Positions 28,153-37,377 of a stretch of 64,000 nucleotides of DNA are shown piece after piece. The stretch comes from Candidatus Latescibacterota bacterium (GTDB lineage Bacteria; Latescibacterota; UBA2968; UBA8231): contig CBDAOB010000005.1 in the NCBI GenBank assembly GCA_965197905.1, positions 1,216,001-1,280,000 of the forward strand. Reading direction: 5' to 3'. The notes under the pieces were generated by a model. It did not search any database and had not been told where the DNA came from. It worked only from the letters and a program-made list of their open reading frames with translations. The position numbers were made by a program, and so were the translations under genes. The first letter of the stretch is position 1. Every line of letters begins with the position of its first letter.

Positions 28153-29264
28153 CCGCTGTGATCTACTATCTAGGCACATACCTATACGACACGGTGGAAG
28201 CGCTCTCCTTCCTGCGCTTGCTCAACTCGATCAGTTTTCGAGCGATTGCCGGGGCGATTACGGCGTTGTTGTTTACCATTCTGTTTGGCGATCGCATCAT
28301 CCTCTATTTCTATCGTTCCGGCCAGCGCGACACCCCGCGAAATTACGCCAGCTTCTCTACCGAGGGGGACTCCGCCAAAACCTACGGCGGTGGACTTATC
28401 GTTACCGGCATACTTCTGAGCGTCATTTTGTGGACGAAGGTCCACACTACGTTCGTGCTGCTGTGTATCGGAGCGGTTCTGTGGTTCGCGGCCTTGGGTC
28501 TAATCGACGACAGATTGAAGGTGCGGCATGGCAGCAGCGATCGCGGTCTTTCGGAGGCGGCCAAGCTGGTCCTGCAGTCAGTCTACGGCCTCGCTTTTGG
28601 CCTGATCTATGTAATCGAGGAACTCTCGCCTTTGCCGACGGGCTTGGCAACGCAGTTGTATCTCCCATTCGTCAAGAATCCAATTGTCGATCTCTCCTGG
28701 GGATACGTCCCTTTCGTAATCTTCACAGTGATCGCGATTGCCAACTCGGTCAATATCGCGGACGGAATTGACGGTCTTGCGGTGGTGCCGGTGGCGTTCG
28801 CCATCGCGGTTTTCGGAGTTTTTGCCTACGTTGCGAGCCACGCAGAGATATCGGATTTCCTGATCTTTCCGTTCATGCCGGGCGTCGGGGAGGTGGCCAT
28901 TATCTGTTCTGTCGTGTTCGGGGCCTGTTTGGGATTTCTCTGGTTCAATTCCTACCCCGCCAATGTCATTATGGGCGATACCGGCTCGATGGCGCTCGGC
29001 GGGCTCCTCGGGACAGCCGCGGTTCTTGTCAAACAGGAGTTCCTGTTTCTCATCGTCGGGGGGATCTTTGTGGGGGAGGCGTTTTCCGTCCTGGTGCAAG
29101 AAAAAATCGGCATCAAATGGCTGGGCAGACGATTCTTCCAGCGGGCACCGATTCACCATCATTTCCAGTCTCGTGGTCTCGCCGATACCAAAATCGTTAT
29201 TCGGTTCTGGATCATCGCCGGCATCTTGGCGCTGTGCAGCCTGGCAACATTGAAGATTCGATAA
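28149..29264 (+). CDS. mraY: Phospho-N-acetylmuramoyl-pentapeptide transferase
   Basis: 'ISFR', 'G.IDD..K', 'LPF.K', 'NSVNIADGIDGL', 'GFLWFN.YPA...MGDTGS..LGG', 'APIHHHF', 'IV.RFWI'; coupled to murG by a GTGA overlap. Confidence 0.93.
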   Translation: MTAVIYYLGTYLYDTVEALSFLRLLNSISFRAIAGAITALLFTILFGDRIILYFYRSGQRDTPRNYASFSTEGDSAKTYGGGLIVTGILLSVILWTKVHTTFVLLCIGAVLWFAALGLIDDRLKVRHGSSDRGLSEAAKLVLQSVYGLAFGLIYVIEELSPLPTGLATQLYLPFVKNPIVDLSWGYVPFVIFTVIAIANSVNIADGIDGLAVVPVAFAIAVFGVFAYVASHAEISDFLIFPFMPGVGEVAIICSVVFGACLGFLWFNSYPANVIMGDTGSMALGGLLGTAAVLVKQEFLFLIVGGIFVGEAFSVLVQEKIGIKWLGRRFFQRAPIHHHFQSRGLADTKIVIRFWIIAGILALCSLATLKIR

Positions 29265-29378
29265 ATACGTAGCTCCCCGCAGAATAGCTCAAGCAGATGC
29301 AATTCGACCGGCTCGATGGGTGCGCCCGCCCGTCAGGCCGGTGGCTAGGAAAGCGAATTTGATGTAGGCGGAGCTAGA

Positions 29379-29855
29379 TCAGAGAACGTTTAATCCGTAG
29401 ATACACAACAAGACGACCACGATACCCATGGTGACACTGATCCAAATCGGGATCGGAGCCGCCTTGTTTCCGTAATGTTCTACGGAATACCGGTTGTACT
29501 CCCGGGAGATCAGCATGTAGGCGGAGACAATCGAGCTGATAATCGCCACGATCAGGAATACAATGCCCATCTGTTCCGGTGCGAAGGTGCGGCTCAGGGT
29601 AAGCGCGTAGGAAATCACGTTCACCAGGAGTCCAAATTCGCGCGACACTAATCCGTAGATGACAATGCCGAGACTGAAGGAACTAATGGTGAGAGTGGCA
29701 AGACCACTCAGAATGGGTAGCTGGAAGAATGCGATCAGGACCAGACTGCCGATCAGAAGGTGAACCCACATCCCGGCGTAGGCATAGAAAAACGCCGGTC
29801 GCTCCAAAGAGGCTTGACCGACGAGATATTGGGAAAAGGTCGGGCGTTTGGTCAC
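29379..29855 (-). CDS. Hypothetical integral membrane protein (about 5 TM segments)
   Basis: 158 aa, highly hydrophobic, fills the gap between mraY and the PilZ gene. Confidence 0.7.
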   Translation of the reverse strand: MTKRPTFSQYLVGQASLERPAFFYAYAGMWVHLLIGSLVLIAFFQLPILSGLATLTISSFSLGIVIYGLVSREFGLLVNVISYALTLSRTFAPEQMGIVFLIVAIISSIVSAYMLISREYNRYSVEHYGNKAAPIPIWISVTMGIVVVLLCIYGLNVL

Positions 29856-29959
29856 AAGCTCAACGTGTGTAGCAGGGCGCAGCAGGGGCGGGGAGGCCCT
29901 AAGATACTACATCGTCTCTGCGGCCGTCAAGCACTCGATCGAGTCGAGGCTACTCGACT

Positions 29960-30769
29960 CTAAGCGGCGTTGGCCAGAGGACACTCCGAAGTTTCCAACC
30001 CTTTGCCGATGGTGTCGCGTTCCAGGAAGCGCACCAGGTTATAGCAGCTTTCTTGTGGTTCGTTGAAGGAGACGGCGAGGGCGTACACCGGGCCGCGTCC
30101 ATCGGTTGTCTGCAACCGACAGTTGACGATGCGGGCTTCTATCGCCTCCAAACCGTAGCGAATATCACGTTCTGCTCCGTTAGAGAGGTTGGTACCTGCC
30201 ATCGACGGTCGGGTGAATCGACCACGTTTGGCCGTTCTGCGACGGACCGCCTGCTCCACGTACTCTTCAGGTGCGGACAGGGTGAGGCGCAACGATTTCG
30301 ATGCCGGGATCTGGCGCACGAACACCTGAGCGCCACCGCCACTGAGGTTGGTGACCACGGCCGGTTTCGAAAGTGTCACTCCCGGTCTCGCGGTTTCCTC
30401 CCACTCCGCCAACGCTTTAAGGGTTACAGCAACTCGATAGGAGCCGCGACGCTGGTGCCCGTCAATGGTTCGAGGTAGCTTCAGCAGCAACACGGGCACT
30501 CGATCATGCAATCGCCGGCGTCCGAATATTTCGCTGGAGAAGGAGTAGTCCTTAGGGCTCTTTGGCAACGCCCGGACGGTGACCGAGGCGCCCCGAGGGG
30601 GACTCAAATCGGCGGGGGCGTCAACGCACAAATACCCGTCGGAGCTCAGATCCTGAATGCGCCCCAGGTGCTGCGAGGCGGAGATTTCCGGATCGTCAAA
30701 AGAGAGCAGGAAACGTTCGCCAATCTTTAGGCCATCCGGAAGCCGGTGGCCATTCTGTGTCTTAGCCAT
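29960..30769 (-). CDS. YcgR-like flagellar brake / PilZ c-di-GMP effector
   Basis: YcgR-N-like N-terminus; 'QRRGSYRV' (RxxxR) and 'NLSGGG' (D/NxSxxG); AAGGAG RBS before ATG 30769. Confidence 0.8.
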   Translation of the reverse strand: MAKTQNGHRLPDGLKIGERFLLSFDDPEISASQHLGRIQDLSSDGYLCVDAPADLSPPRGASVTVRALPKSPKDYSFSSEIFGRRRLHDRVPVLLLKLPRTIDGHQRRGSYRVAVTLKALAEWEETARPGVTLSKPAVVTNLSGGGAQVFVRQIPASKSLRLTLSAPEEYVEQAVRRRTAKRGRFTRPSMAGTNLSNGAERDIRYGLEAIEARIVNCRLQTTDGRGPVYALAVSFNEPQESCYNLVRFLERDTIGKGLETSECPLANAA

Positions 30770-30822
30770 GAGTGAATCTCCTTGACAAAAGTGATCACGT
30801 ATCAAAGTGATCGTATTACAAG

Positions 30823-30849
30823 AAATCGGCGGGTGCAGTCAAATCTTTA
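30823..30849 (-). promoter_or_regulatory. Sigma-28 (FliA/SigD) promoter for the PilZ gene
   Basis: Minus strand TAAA-N15-GCCGATTT, against the consensus TAAA-N15-GCCGATAA. Confidence 0.75.
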
Positions 30850-30930
30850 GTAGTATTTCATACTACATGGTAAGAATTTTTTGCAAGCTGCATCTGGCCC
30901 CGCCTAAAATGTAACAAGTGAAGTAAGAAC

Positions 30931-33003
30931 ATGGTCTTAGAAGTTAACAGGAGACTCGACGAGGCGGTCTCAACGGTCAAAGGGGTAGGGGTAAGGAGGG
31001 CGAAGGTATTGGCCGAAACGGGTATCTATTCCGTCAGGGATCTGCTCTACTACGTTCCGCGACGGTACTTGGATCGCAGCGTCGTGCTGCCGATTGCACA
31101 ACTGCGAACGGACCGTGAGGTCACCATCATCGGGCGAGTTGCCTTGGTTCAATCGTCGTATGGTCCAGGGACTCGGCTGACACTTACCGTTGAAGACGAG
31201 AGCGGTTCGATCGAGTGTATTTGGTTTGCAGGTAGCAAATACCTGGCCAAGAATTTCGAGGAAGGTGACCATCTGGCACTCAGCGGCCAGGTCCGAATCT
31301 ATAAAGGGCGGCAGCAATTCACCCATCCGGACTACGAATTCGTCAGCCTTTCCGGGGAGCAGAGCTTTCTCCACACCTCTGGAATCGTGCCGCTCTACAG
31401 TACCAGCGCGGATCTCAAGGAACGCGGATTGCGAACCCGCACCTTCAGGCGGGTTATGGCTCAGGCGCTGGATCAGTATGGCGAGGCCGTGGTGGACACG
31501 TTAGATCCAGACGACCGCGCGGAGTTGGGGTTGCTGGATCTGAAAACGAGTCTGCGGTCGGTGCACTTTCCGAGCGATGCAGAATCGGCACAGCAGGCGC
31601 GCCAGCGCCTTGCGTTTGAAGAGCTGTACCAGCAACAGCTGCTGCTGGCGCGGGCCAGAGCCCGGCGCCGCGCCTCCCGCGACGGGATCTCTCTCGGTCT
31701 CAGGGACCTGGTCGACCGCTTCCTGGAGCAACTCCCGTTCTCGCCTACTGAAGCGCAGCGCGCGGCAGCGGAGGAGATCCTGAGCGACATGGAGGATTCC
31801 TACCAAATGTGCCGCCTGCTGCAGGGCGACGTGGGATCGGGAAAGACGCTGGTCGCGCTCTGCGCCATTCTGCAGGCTGTTGGCAGTGGTTTTCAGGCAG
31901 CACTGATGGCGCCCACCGAGATTCTCGCCACGCAGCATTACCATACGATAGTACAGCAGCTCAATCCGCTCGGAGTAAACGCCCTTCTCTTGGTGGGCAA
32001 GCAACGACCGGCTCTCCGTCTGGAGCTGCTCAACTCGATCGAAACGGGCGCTGCGGACATCGTGGTCGGAACCCACGCGCTCATTCAAGAAAGCGTTAGG
32101 TTCCCGAAGCTCGGCCTGGTGGTGATCGATGAGCAGCACCGATTCGGCGTGGTCCAACGCGATCTCCTGGCGAACAAGAAAAAACAGGCGAACCTTCTAT
32201 ATTTGACGGCTACACCGATTCCCCGCACCCTGGCCCTGGCACTTTACGGAGACACCGATATGTCAATTCTGAATCAACTACCGCCCGGGAGGAAACCGGT
32301 CAGGACGGCGGCGCGATCGGAGACAAGCCGCGAAGCTATTCTCCGATTCGTGGCCGAGCAACTGGATTGCGGAAGGCAGGCGTATCTGGTGTATCCGTCC
32401 ATCGAGGACTCCGAAAAGTTGGGATTAAGGTCCGCTTCCCGGGCGTTCGAGGAGCTTTCCACTGGGGCTCTCGCAGGTTATCGGCTCGGGCTGCTTCACG
32501 GCCAGATGTCAGAGGATGAGAAAAACTCGACGATGAAGGGGTTCGTCGAGGGCAGCACCCAGGCGCTGATCAGTACTACCGTTGTCGAGGTGGGCGTCGA
32601 CGTCGCGAACGCGACGGTCATGGTGATCGAGAACGCCGAAAGGTTCGGTTTGGCACAGCTGCATCAGCTGCGTGGGCGCGTTGGGCGTGGTGTGGACGAG
32701 TCGTATTGCATACTCATCAACGCTGCCGCTGCGGACGGAGATCGGACCGCCGCGCAGAACAGAATCGATCTATTGTGCCGGACCAGTGACGGCTTCGAGA
32801 TCGCCGACGAAGACCTTGCCCTGCGGGGTCCCGGTGAGCTGCTGGGTACCGCACAGGCGGGACAGGCGGCATTTGCCGTCGCAGACTTGAGCCGGGATGG
32901 CGAGCTCCTGAGACAGGCTCGAGAGTTGGCCGGTAGAGTCGTAGGCCAGGACGACCATTGCCGGGAAGTTACGCAGCAAGTCGAACCAAATTCGGGATTG
33001 TAG
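30931..33003 (+). CDS. recG: ATP-dependent DNA helicase RecG
   Basis: 'DLLYY.PRRY.D', 'RLAFEE', 'RLLQGDVGSGKT', 'MAPTEILA.QH', 'IDEQHRFGV.QR', 'TATPIPRT', 'EVGVDV', 'AERFGLAQLHQLRGRVGRG', 'DL.LRGPG'. Confidence 0.97.
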   Translation: MVLEVNRRLDEAVSTVKGVGVRRAKVLAETGIYSVRDLLYYVPRRYLDRSVVLPIAQLRTDREVTIIGRVALVQSSYGPGTRLTLTVEDESGSIECIWFAGSKYLAKNFEEGDHLALSGQVRIYKGRQQFTHPDYEFVSLSGEQSFLHTSGIVPLYSTSADLKERGLRTRTFRRVMAQALDQYGEAVVDTLDPDDRAELGLLDLKTSLRSVHFPSDAESAQQARQRLAFEELYQQQLLLARARARRRASRDGISLGLRDLVDRFLEQLPFSPTEAQRAAAEEILSDMEDSYQMCRLLQGDVGSGKTLVALCAILQAVGSGFQAALMAPTEILATQHYHTIVQQLNPLGVNALLLVGKQRPALRLELLNSIETGAADIVVGTHALIQESVRFPKLGLVVIDEQHRFGVVQRDLLANKKKQANLLYLTATPIPRTLALALYGDTDMSILNQLPPGRKPVRTAARSETSREAILRFVAEQLDCGRQAYLVYPSIEDSEKLGLRSASRAFEELSTGALAGYRLGLLHGQMSEDEKNSTMKGFVEGSTQALISTTVVEVGVDVANATVMVIENAERFGLAQLHQLRGRVGRGVDESYCILINAAAADGDRTAAQNRIDLLCRTSDGFEIADEDLALRGPGELLGTAQAGQAAFAVADLSRDGELLRQARELAGRVVGQDDHCREVTQQVEPNSGL

Positions 33004-33015
33004 AGGAGTATAGCC

Positions 33016-34155
33016 ATGGAGGAGGTGCGAGTTGCCACATTCGCCGGTCCAGGGTCCAAACCAACGATCAGAACCGTAGCCAAACCTGCGGTGCCGGAGA
33101 ATGCAGCTCTGATAGAAATCGAAGCGTGTGGTGTATGTGGGACAGACCTGCATATCCTGAAAGGTCATTGGCCCGGCGAGCTGCCGTGGCCCTTCACCCT
33201 CGGTCACGAGCTAGCCGGAACCGTGGTTGAGATTGGCAGCAGGCTCACTCACGATTTTATGGGTGCTCCGTTGAGCGTGGGATGTCGCGCCATGCTGCCG
33301 CCATTGATGCCTTGTGGCAGCTGCTACTACTGCGTGCATTTTCCGACTCACGCCAATCGTTGTCTGCAACCGACCTACTACGGCAGGTACCTGGCGTTCG
33401 ACAAACCTCCTCATCTGTGGGGTGGTTGGGCGGAGATGGTGTACGTTGACCTCGACCTATTGCCGGCTACCAAAATCTACCGCTTGCCCGACGGTATGTC
33501 GGCCATGCTTGGATCGCTGTCGGAGCCGCTGACATCATGTATCCGTGCGCTAGGTCGCGCCGCCAGGAGTGGGGGATTCTCGGTGGGGGATACGGTAGTA
33601 GTGCAGGGGTCAGGCCCCATTGGGGTGCTGATGCTCGTGGCGGCTCGCGAAATGGGGGCGGGAAAGGTCTTCGTGGTTGGTGCCCCGGAACGCCCGCGAC
33701 TGGAAATATGCCGTGCCTTCGGAGCGGACGGCACGGTCTGCATCGAAGATTACGGTTCCGCCGCGAGCCGGATAGAAGCGGTCGGGCAAATGGTCGGAGG
33801 ATTTGGCGCCGATCTGGTGGTCGATTGCAGCGGGCATCCCTCCGCCGGTCCGGAAGGATTGGAGATGCTTCGCGACGGCGGAACCTACGTGGAAATGGGG
33901 CAGTTTACCGATGCCGGTTCGATCGAAACCAACTGGCACCGCATCTGCTCAAAGGATGTGACGATCGTGGGGAGTTGGGCGTTTACCGCAAACGACATTC
34001 CGTTGGCGATCGAAATGCTCGATAGAGCAGCCGATCGCTACCCCTGGTCACAACTGCAAACATCCTTCCCGTTCTCGGAAGAAGGAGTACAGGAAGCTAT
34101 TGACGCGGCCATGGCGATGCGCTGCGTGAAAGCGACCATACGGCCCAACCGTTGA
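33016..34155 (+). CDS. Zinc-binding alcohol dehydrogenase (MDR) family
   Basis: 'CGVCGTD', 'GHE', 'CGSCYYC.......C', 'EP', 'GSGPIG'. Confidence 0.9.
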   Translation: MEEVRVATFAGPGSKPTIRTVAKPAVPENAALIEIEACGVCGTDLHILKGHWPGELPWPFTLGHELAGTVVEIGSRLTHDFMGAPLSVGCRAMLPPLMPCGSCYYCVHFPTHANRCLQPTYYGRYLAFDKPPHLWGGWAEMVYVDLDLLPATKIYRLPDGMSAMLGSLSEPLTSCIRALGRAARSGGFSVGDTVVVQGSGPIGVLMLVAAREMGAGKVFVVGAPERPRLEICRAFGADGTVCIEDYGSAASRIEAVGQMVGGFGADLVVDCSGHPSAGPEGLEMLRDGGTYVEMGQFTDAGSIETNWHRICSKDVTIVGSWAFTANDIPLAIEMLDRAADRYPWSQLQTSFPFSEEGVQEAIDAAMAMRCVKATIRPNR

Positions 34156-34175
34156 GTGTTTGCCGGCGCCATCAT

Positions 34176-35543
34176 TCAGGAAATGCTCTTCAATCCCGAT
34201 TCGACGATAACGGCGATCTCGTCCGCTTCTTCCTTGGTCAAAATCAGCGGAGGCGCCACGAAGAATATCGGTTCGGGGCCGGCTATGGCGTGGCTCATGC
34301 GACCCAGAAGCAGCCCCTCCTCCTTCATCTTCTTTTGTACCTGCGCGGTGCGTGGTGCATCCAACATGCCACCCTCTTCATCCACCAGCTCGATGGCGAT
34401 CATGAGTCCCTTGCCGCGAACGTCCCCTAGAAACGGTGAGCTAATACTCGACAGACTCTCCATCAGATAGTTGCCCACCGTTTCGGCGTTCTCCCATAGC
34501 CTCTCCCGCAGAAGGATATCGATAGCTGTCACGGCGGCGGTGCAGCAGACGGGATGCCCGCCGTAGGTGGAAATCTGCGAGAACTCCCGATCTTCTTCAG
34601 GAGAGCCGAGGAACGCCTCGAACACCTCCGGGGTAACAACGCAGGCCCCCAGGGGCAGGTAGCCGCTGGTAGCGCCCTTTGCCAGCGTAATCATGTCGGG
34701 CACAACACCCCAGTGTTCGCAGGCAAATAACCTTCCGGTCCGCCCGAAGCCGTTGATGACCTCATCGAAAATAAGCAGGACTCCATAACGATTGCAGATC
34801 GCGCGAAGCTGGGGTAGATATTCGTCGGGAGGAACCAGAACTCCGCCGCCTCCTATGATTGGCTCGGCGATGACGGCGGCTACCGTTTCCGGTCCCTCGC
34901 GGACAATCGCATCTTCTATTTCTGCGACGCAGGCCACACCGCATTTCGGGTACTGCAGGTGAAGCGGACAGCGATAACAGTAAGGCGGATCTGTGTGCAG
35001 AAACCCGGGCACCAGCGGTTCGAACTTTGTTCGGCGACCCACCTGGCCCGTCGCGGAGAGGGCGCCCATGGTGAAGCCATGGTACCCCTGGTACCGCGCT
35101 ATCACCTTAAATCTGTTTTCGCCAGGAAATCGTTGCCGGCAGTACTGTCGGGCGATCTTCAGTGCCGTTTCGTTCGCCTCGGAGCCGCTAGCGCTGAAAA
35201 ACGAGTGCTGCAGATCGCCGGGCAGAATATCCGCGAGGCGGGAAGCCAGGTTGGCGGCGGGGGCGGTGACCATCGCGCTGGAAGCGTACGGAAGCTTCTT
35301 CATCTGCTCGTAAACCGCATCGGCGATCTCGGTGCGGCCGTACCCCAGGGTCACGTTCCAGATTCCCGCAATGCCGTCTATGTAGCTGTTGCCGTCCGCG
35401 TCCTGAACTCTAACCCCGTCGCCCGACGTGATCACCATGAGATCGGTCTGCTCAAGGGTCCGATGCTGCAGCATCGGATGCCACACGTGCTGTTGATCTA
35501 CAGTGCGAACGGCATCTGCTGAAATCGTCTCTTGTAAGGTCAT
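34176..35543 (-). CDS. Class III PLP aminotransferase (omega-amino acid / BioA-like)
   Basis: 'SGSEANE.A.K', 'YHG', 'EPI.G.GG', 'DEV..GFGRTG', 'PDMIT.AKG.TSGY.PLG', 'TY.GHP'. Confidence 0.92.
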   Translation of the reverse strand: MTLQETISADAVRTVDQQHVWHPMLQHRTLEQTDLMVITSGDGVRVQDADGNSYIDGIAGIWNVTLGYGRTEIADAVYEQMKKLPYASSAMVTAPAANLASRLADILPGDLQHSFFSASGSEANETALKIARQYCRQRFPGENRFKVIARYQGYHGFTMGALSATGQVGRRTKFEPLVPGFLHTDPPYCYRCPLHLQYPKCGVACVAEIEDAIVREGPETVAAVIAEPIIGGGGVLVPPDEYLPQLRAICNRYGVLLIFDEVINGFGRTGRLFACEHWGVVPDMITLAKGATSGYLPLGACVVTPEVFEAFLGSPEEDREFSQISTYGGHPVCCTAAVTAIDILLRERLWENAETVGNYLMESLSSISSPFLGDVRGKGLMIAIELVDEEGGMLDAPRTAQVQKKMKEEGLLLGRMSHAIAGPEPIFFVAPPLILTKEEADEIAVIVESGLKSIS

Positions 35544-35587
35544 CTCTCGATCCTCTGCTCCTGCTGGGAGTGTTCGTCGATTGCGCT

Positions 35588-35616
35588 AATCTACTGTTAG
35601 TCTTCGACAGCATCAA
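35588..35616 (-). promoter_or_regulatory. Possible sigma-70 promoter for the class III aminotransferase
   Basis: Minus strand TTGATG-N17-TAGATT in the divergent intergenic region. Confidence 0.45.
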
Positions 35617-35726
35617 CGCACCGTAGCAGTCAAGGCGATGTGTTCGCTTGACTTGATGATGTCATTTTGATAACTACTCGAATTGCAACGGTTTTCGAGC
35701 GCTGTGGAATCGCCAAGGATCCTGCA

Positions 35727-36794
35727 ATGTCCAATCATCTGTTTCCCACGACCGTCATCGGGAGCTTGCCCCGGCCCGAGTGGCTGCGCCAGGCAATCCT
35801 GGACCGCAAATCTGGTGCGCTGACCGAGGACGAGACCACCGCCATCCTCGACCGGGTGATCGACGAGGCGATCCTGCTGCAGGAACGGTCCGGCCTGGAG
35901 GAGATTACGGATGGGGAGTGGCGCAGAGAGAGTTATGTCAAGGTGTTCGCTGAACGTGTACGGGGTTTTGAGAGCGATCTCAACGTGAGTGATATTCCGT
36001 ATCCTGCGGTGGTAGCTCCAGTGGAGTACTACCGGCCCATCGCCCTTGAAGAGCTGAGATTTCTCCGCCCCAGAACCTCCCGGCGGGTCAAGGTTACCCT
36101 ACCTGCTCCGTATATCATCGGACGCAGAATGTGGCATCCGGAATATTCCGCCAAAGCATATCCGACGAGAGAGGCGCTGATGACCGACTGCGTCGGGATA
36201 CTTCGCGAAGAGATCGAGAAACTGAAAGAGGCGGGCGCCGACACGATCCAGCTCGACGAACCCTGGTTGAGCACGATGGTCGATCCGGAATTCCGCAAGA
36301 GGGAGGGCGTCAGCGATGAGCAGTGGCAGTACGAAAAAGACCTGTGCGCGGATCTGATCAATCAGACCGTCTCTGGATTCGACGATCTCAATACCGGAAT
36401 GCATCTCTGCCACGCCCATTTCGCGCACAAACATGGAACCGAGGGGCCGTATGATCTGATCATGGATTCCCTGGCCAAGATCAAGGTTGGAACCATATCA
36501 ATGGAGTATGCCACGCCGGTGGCCGGGGGCATGCACACCTTGAACAGGTTCCCGGAGCGGGTGCGGTTGGGGTTGGGGTGCATCGACCACTGCAATCGCG
36601 ATATCGAATCTCCCGAGCAGGTCGTCGCCAGAGTTGAAGAGGCGATGGGCCACGTGGACAAGGAACGCATCACCTTGCACCCCGATTGCGGGTTCGCCCC
36701 CTCGGTTCAGAATCCGATGGATCTGGACGAGGCGTATCTGAAGCTGAGCTCCATGTGTGAGGCTGCCCAGATCCTGCGTGAAAAACACGCATAG
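35727..36794 (+). CDS. Cobalamin-independent methionine synthase II (MetE C-terminal-like) family protein
   Basis: 'TTVIGSLPRP', 'TDGEWRR', 'IQLDEP', Zn ligands 'HLC', 'E' and 'PDCGF'; single barrel, about 355 aa. Confidence 0.88.
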   Translation: MSNHLFPTTVIGSLPRPEWLRQAILDRKSGALTEDETTAILDRVIDEAILLQERSGLEEITDGEWRRESYVKVFAERVRGFESDLNVSDIPYPAVVAPVEYYRPIALEELRFLRPRTSRRVKVTLPAPYIIGRRMWHPEYSAKAYPTREALMTDCVGILREEIEKLKEAGADTIQLDEPWLSTMVDPEFRKREGVSDEQWQYEKDLCADLINQTVSGFDDLNTGMHLCHAHFAHKHGTEGPYDLIMDSLAKIKVGTISMEYATPVAGGMHTLNRFPERVRLGLGCIDHCNRDIESPEQVVARVEEAMGHVDKERITLHPDCGFAPSVQNPMDLDEAYLKLSSMCEAAQILREKHA

Positions 36795-36811
36795 AAATCC
36801 AGGGTGAGTAG

Positions 36812-37300
36812 ATGACTGCTAGAAGAATCCAAGTGCGGCTAGAGAAACGGGGGGTTTCCTGCAAGGCGGAGGTCCTCGAGGACCTGGCGCCAAAGACCTG
36901 CAGCCTGCTGTGGGAAGCGCTGCCTCAAGGTGGCGACGCCTTCCACGCCAAGTACGCCAGCAACGAGGTCTACACCCTCGTTCCCCCGTTTGCGCCCGAA
37001 GAGCCCGGTCTGGAGAATCCCACCATGACGCCGATCGCCGGTGACCTGGTGTATTTCTACTTTGCCCCCGGCTTGGTCGCGCTTCCAGACGTCAAGGACA
37101 CCGCGTGCGAAAACGGCGTCGTCGACCTGGCGATCTTCTACGGCCGTGACAATTTCCTGTTTTCTCCGACCATGGGTCCGACCCCGGGAACCCGGTTTGG
37201 CGCGATTACCGAAAACCTTTCCGAGATGATGGACGCGTGTACCAACGTCTGGCGAGAAGGGTTCGCCGGCGAACGCCTTATCTTCGAACGCAGCGACTAG
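36812..37300 (+). CDS. DUF3830 family (cyclophilin-like fold) protein
   Basis: 'APKTC...W.ALP', 'HAKYA.NEVY', 'ENPT.TPI.GD', 'DLA.FYGR.N', 'WREG'. Confidence 0.8.
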   Translation: MTARRIQVRLEKRGVSCKAEVLEDLAPKTCSLLWEALPQGGDAFHAKYASNEVYTLVPPFAPEEPGLENPTMTPIAGDLVYFYFAPGLVALPDVKDTACENGVVDLAIFYGRDNFLFSPTMGPTPGTRFGAITENLSEMMDACTNVWREGFAGERLIFERSD

Positions 37301-37377
37301 CACGTTGTGGCGGCTGAGTATCGCTGCGTTGTGCAGCCGTCGCGAATCGATCTCACTGCCCTCCAATACCTGATTGA

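Noticed and set aside
29265..29378. Hairpin between convergent mraY and the membrane protein gene as an ncRNA
   Set aside because: An imperfect GC stem without a clear U tract; at most a bidirectional terminator.
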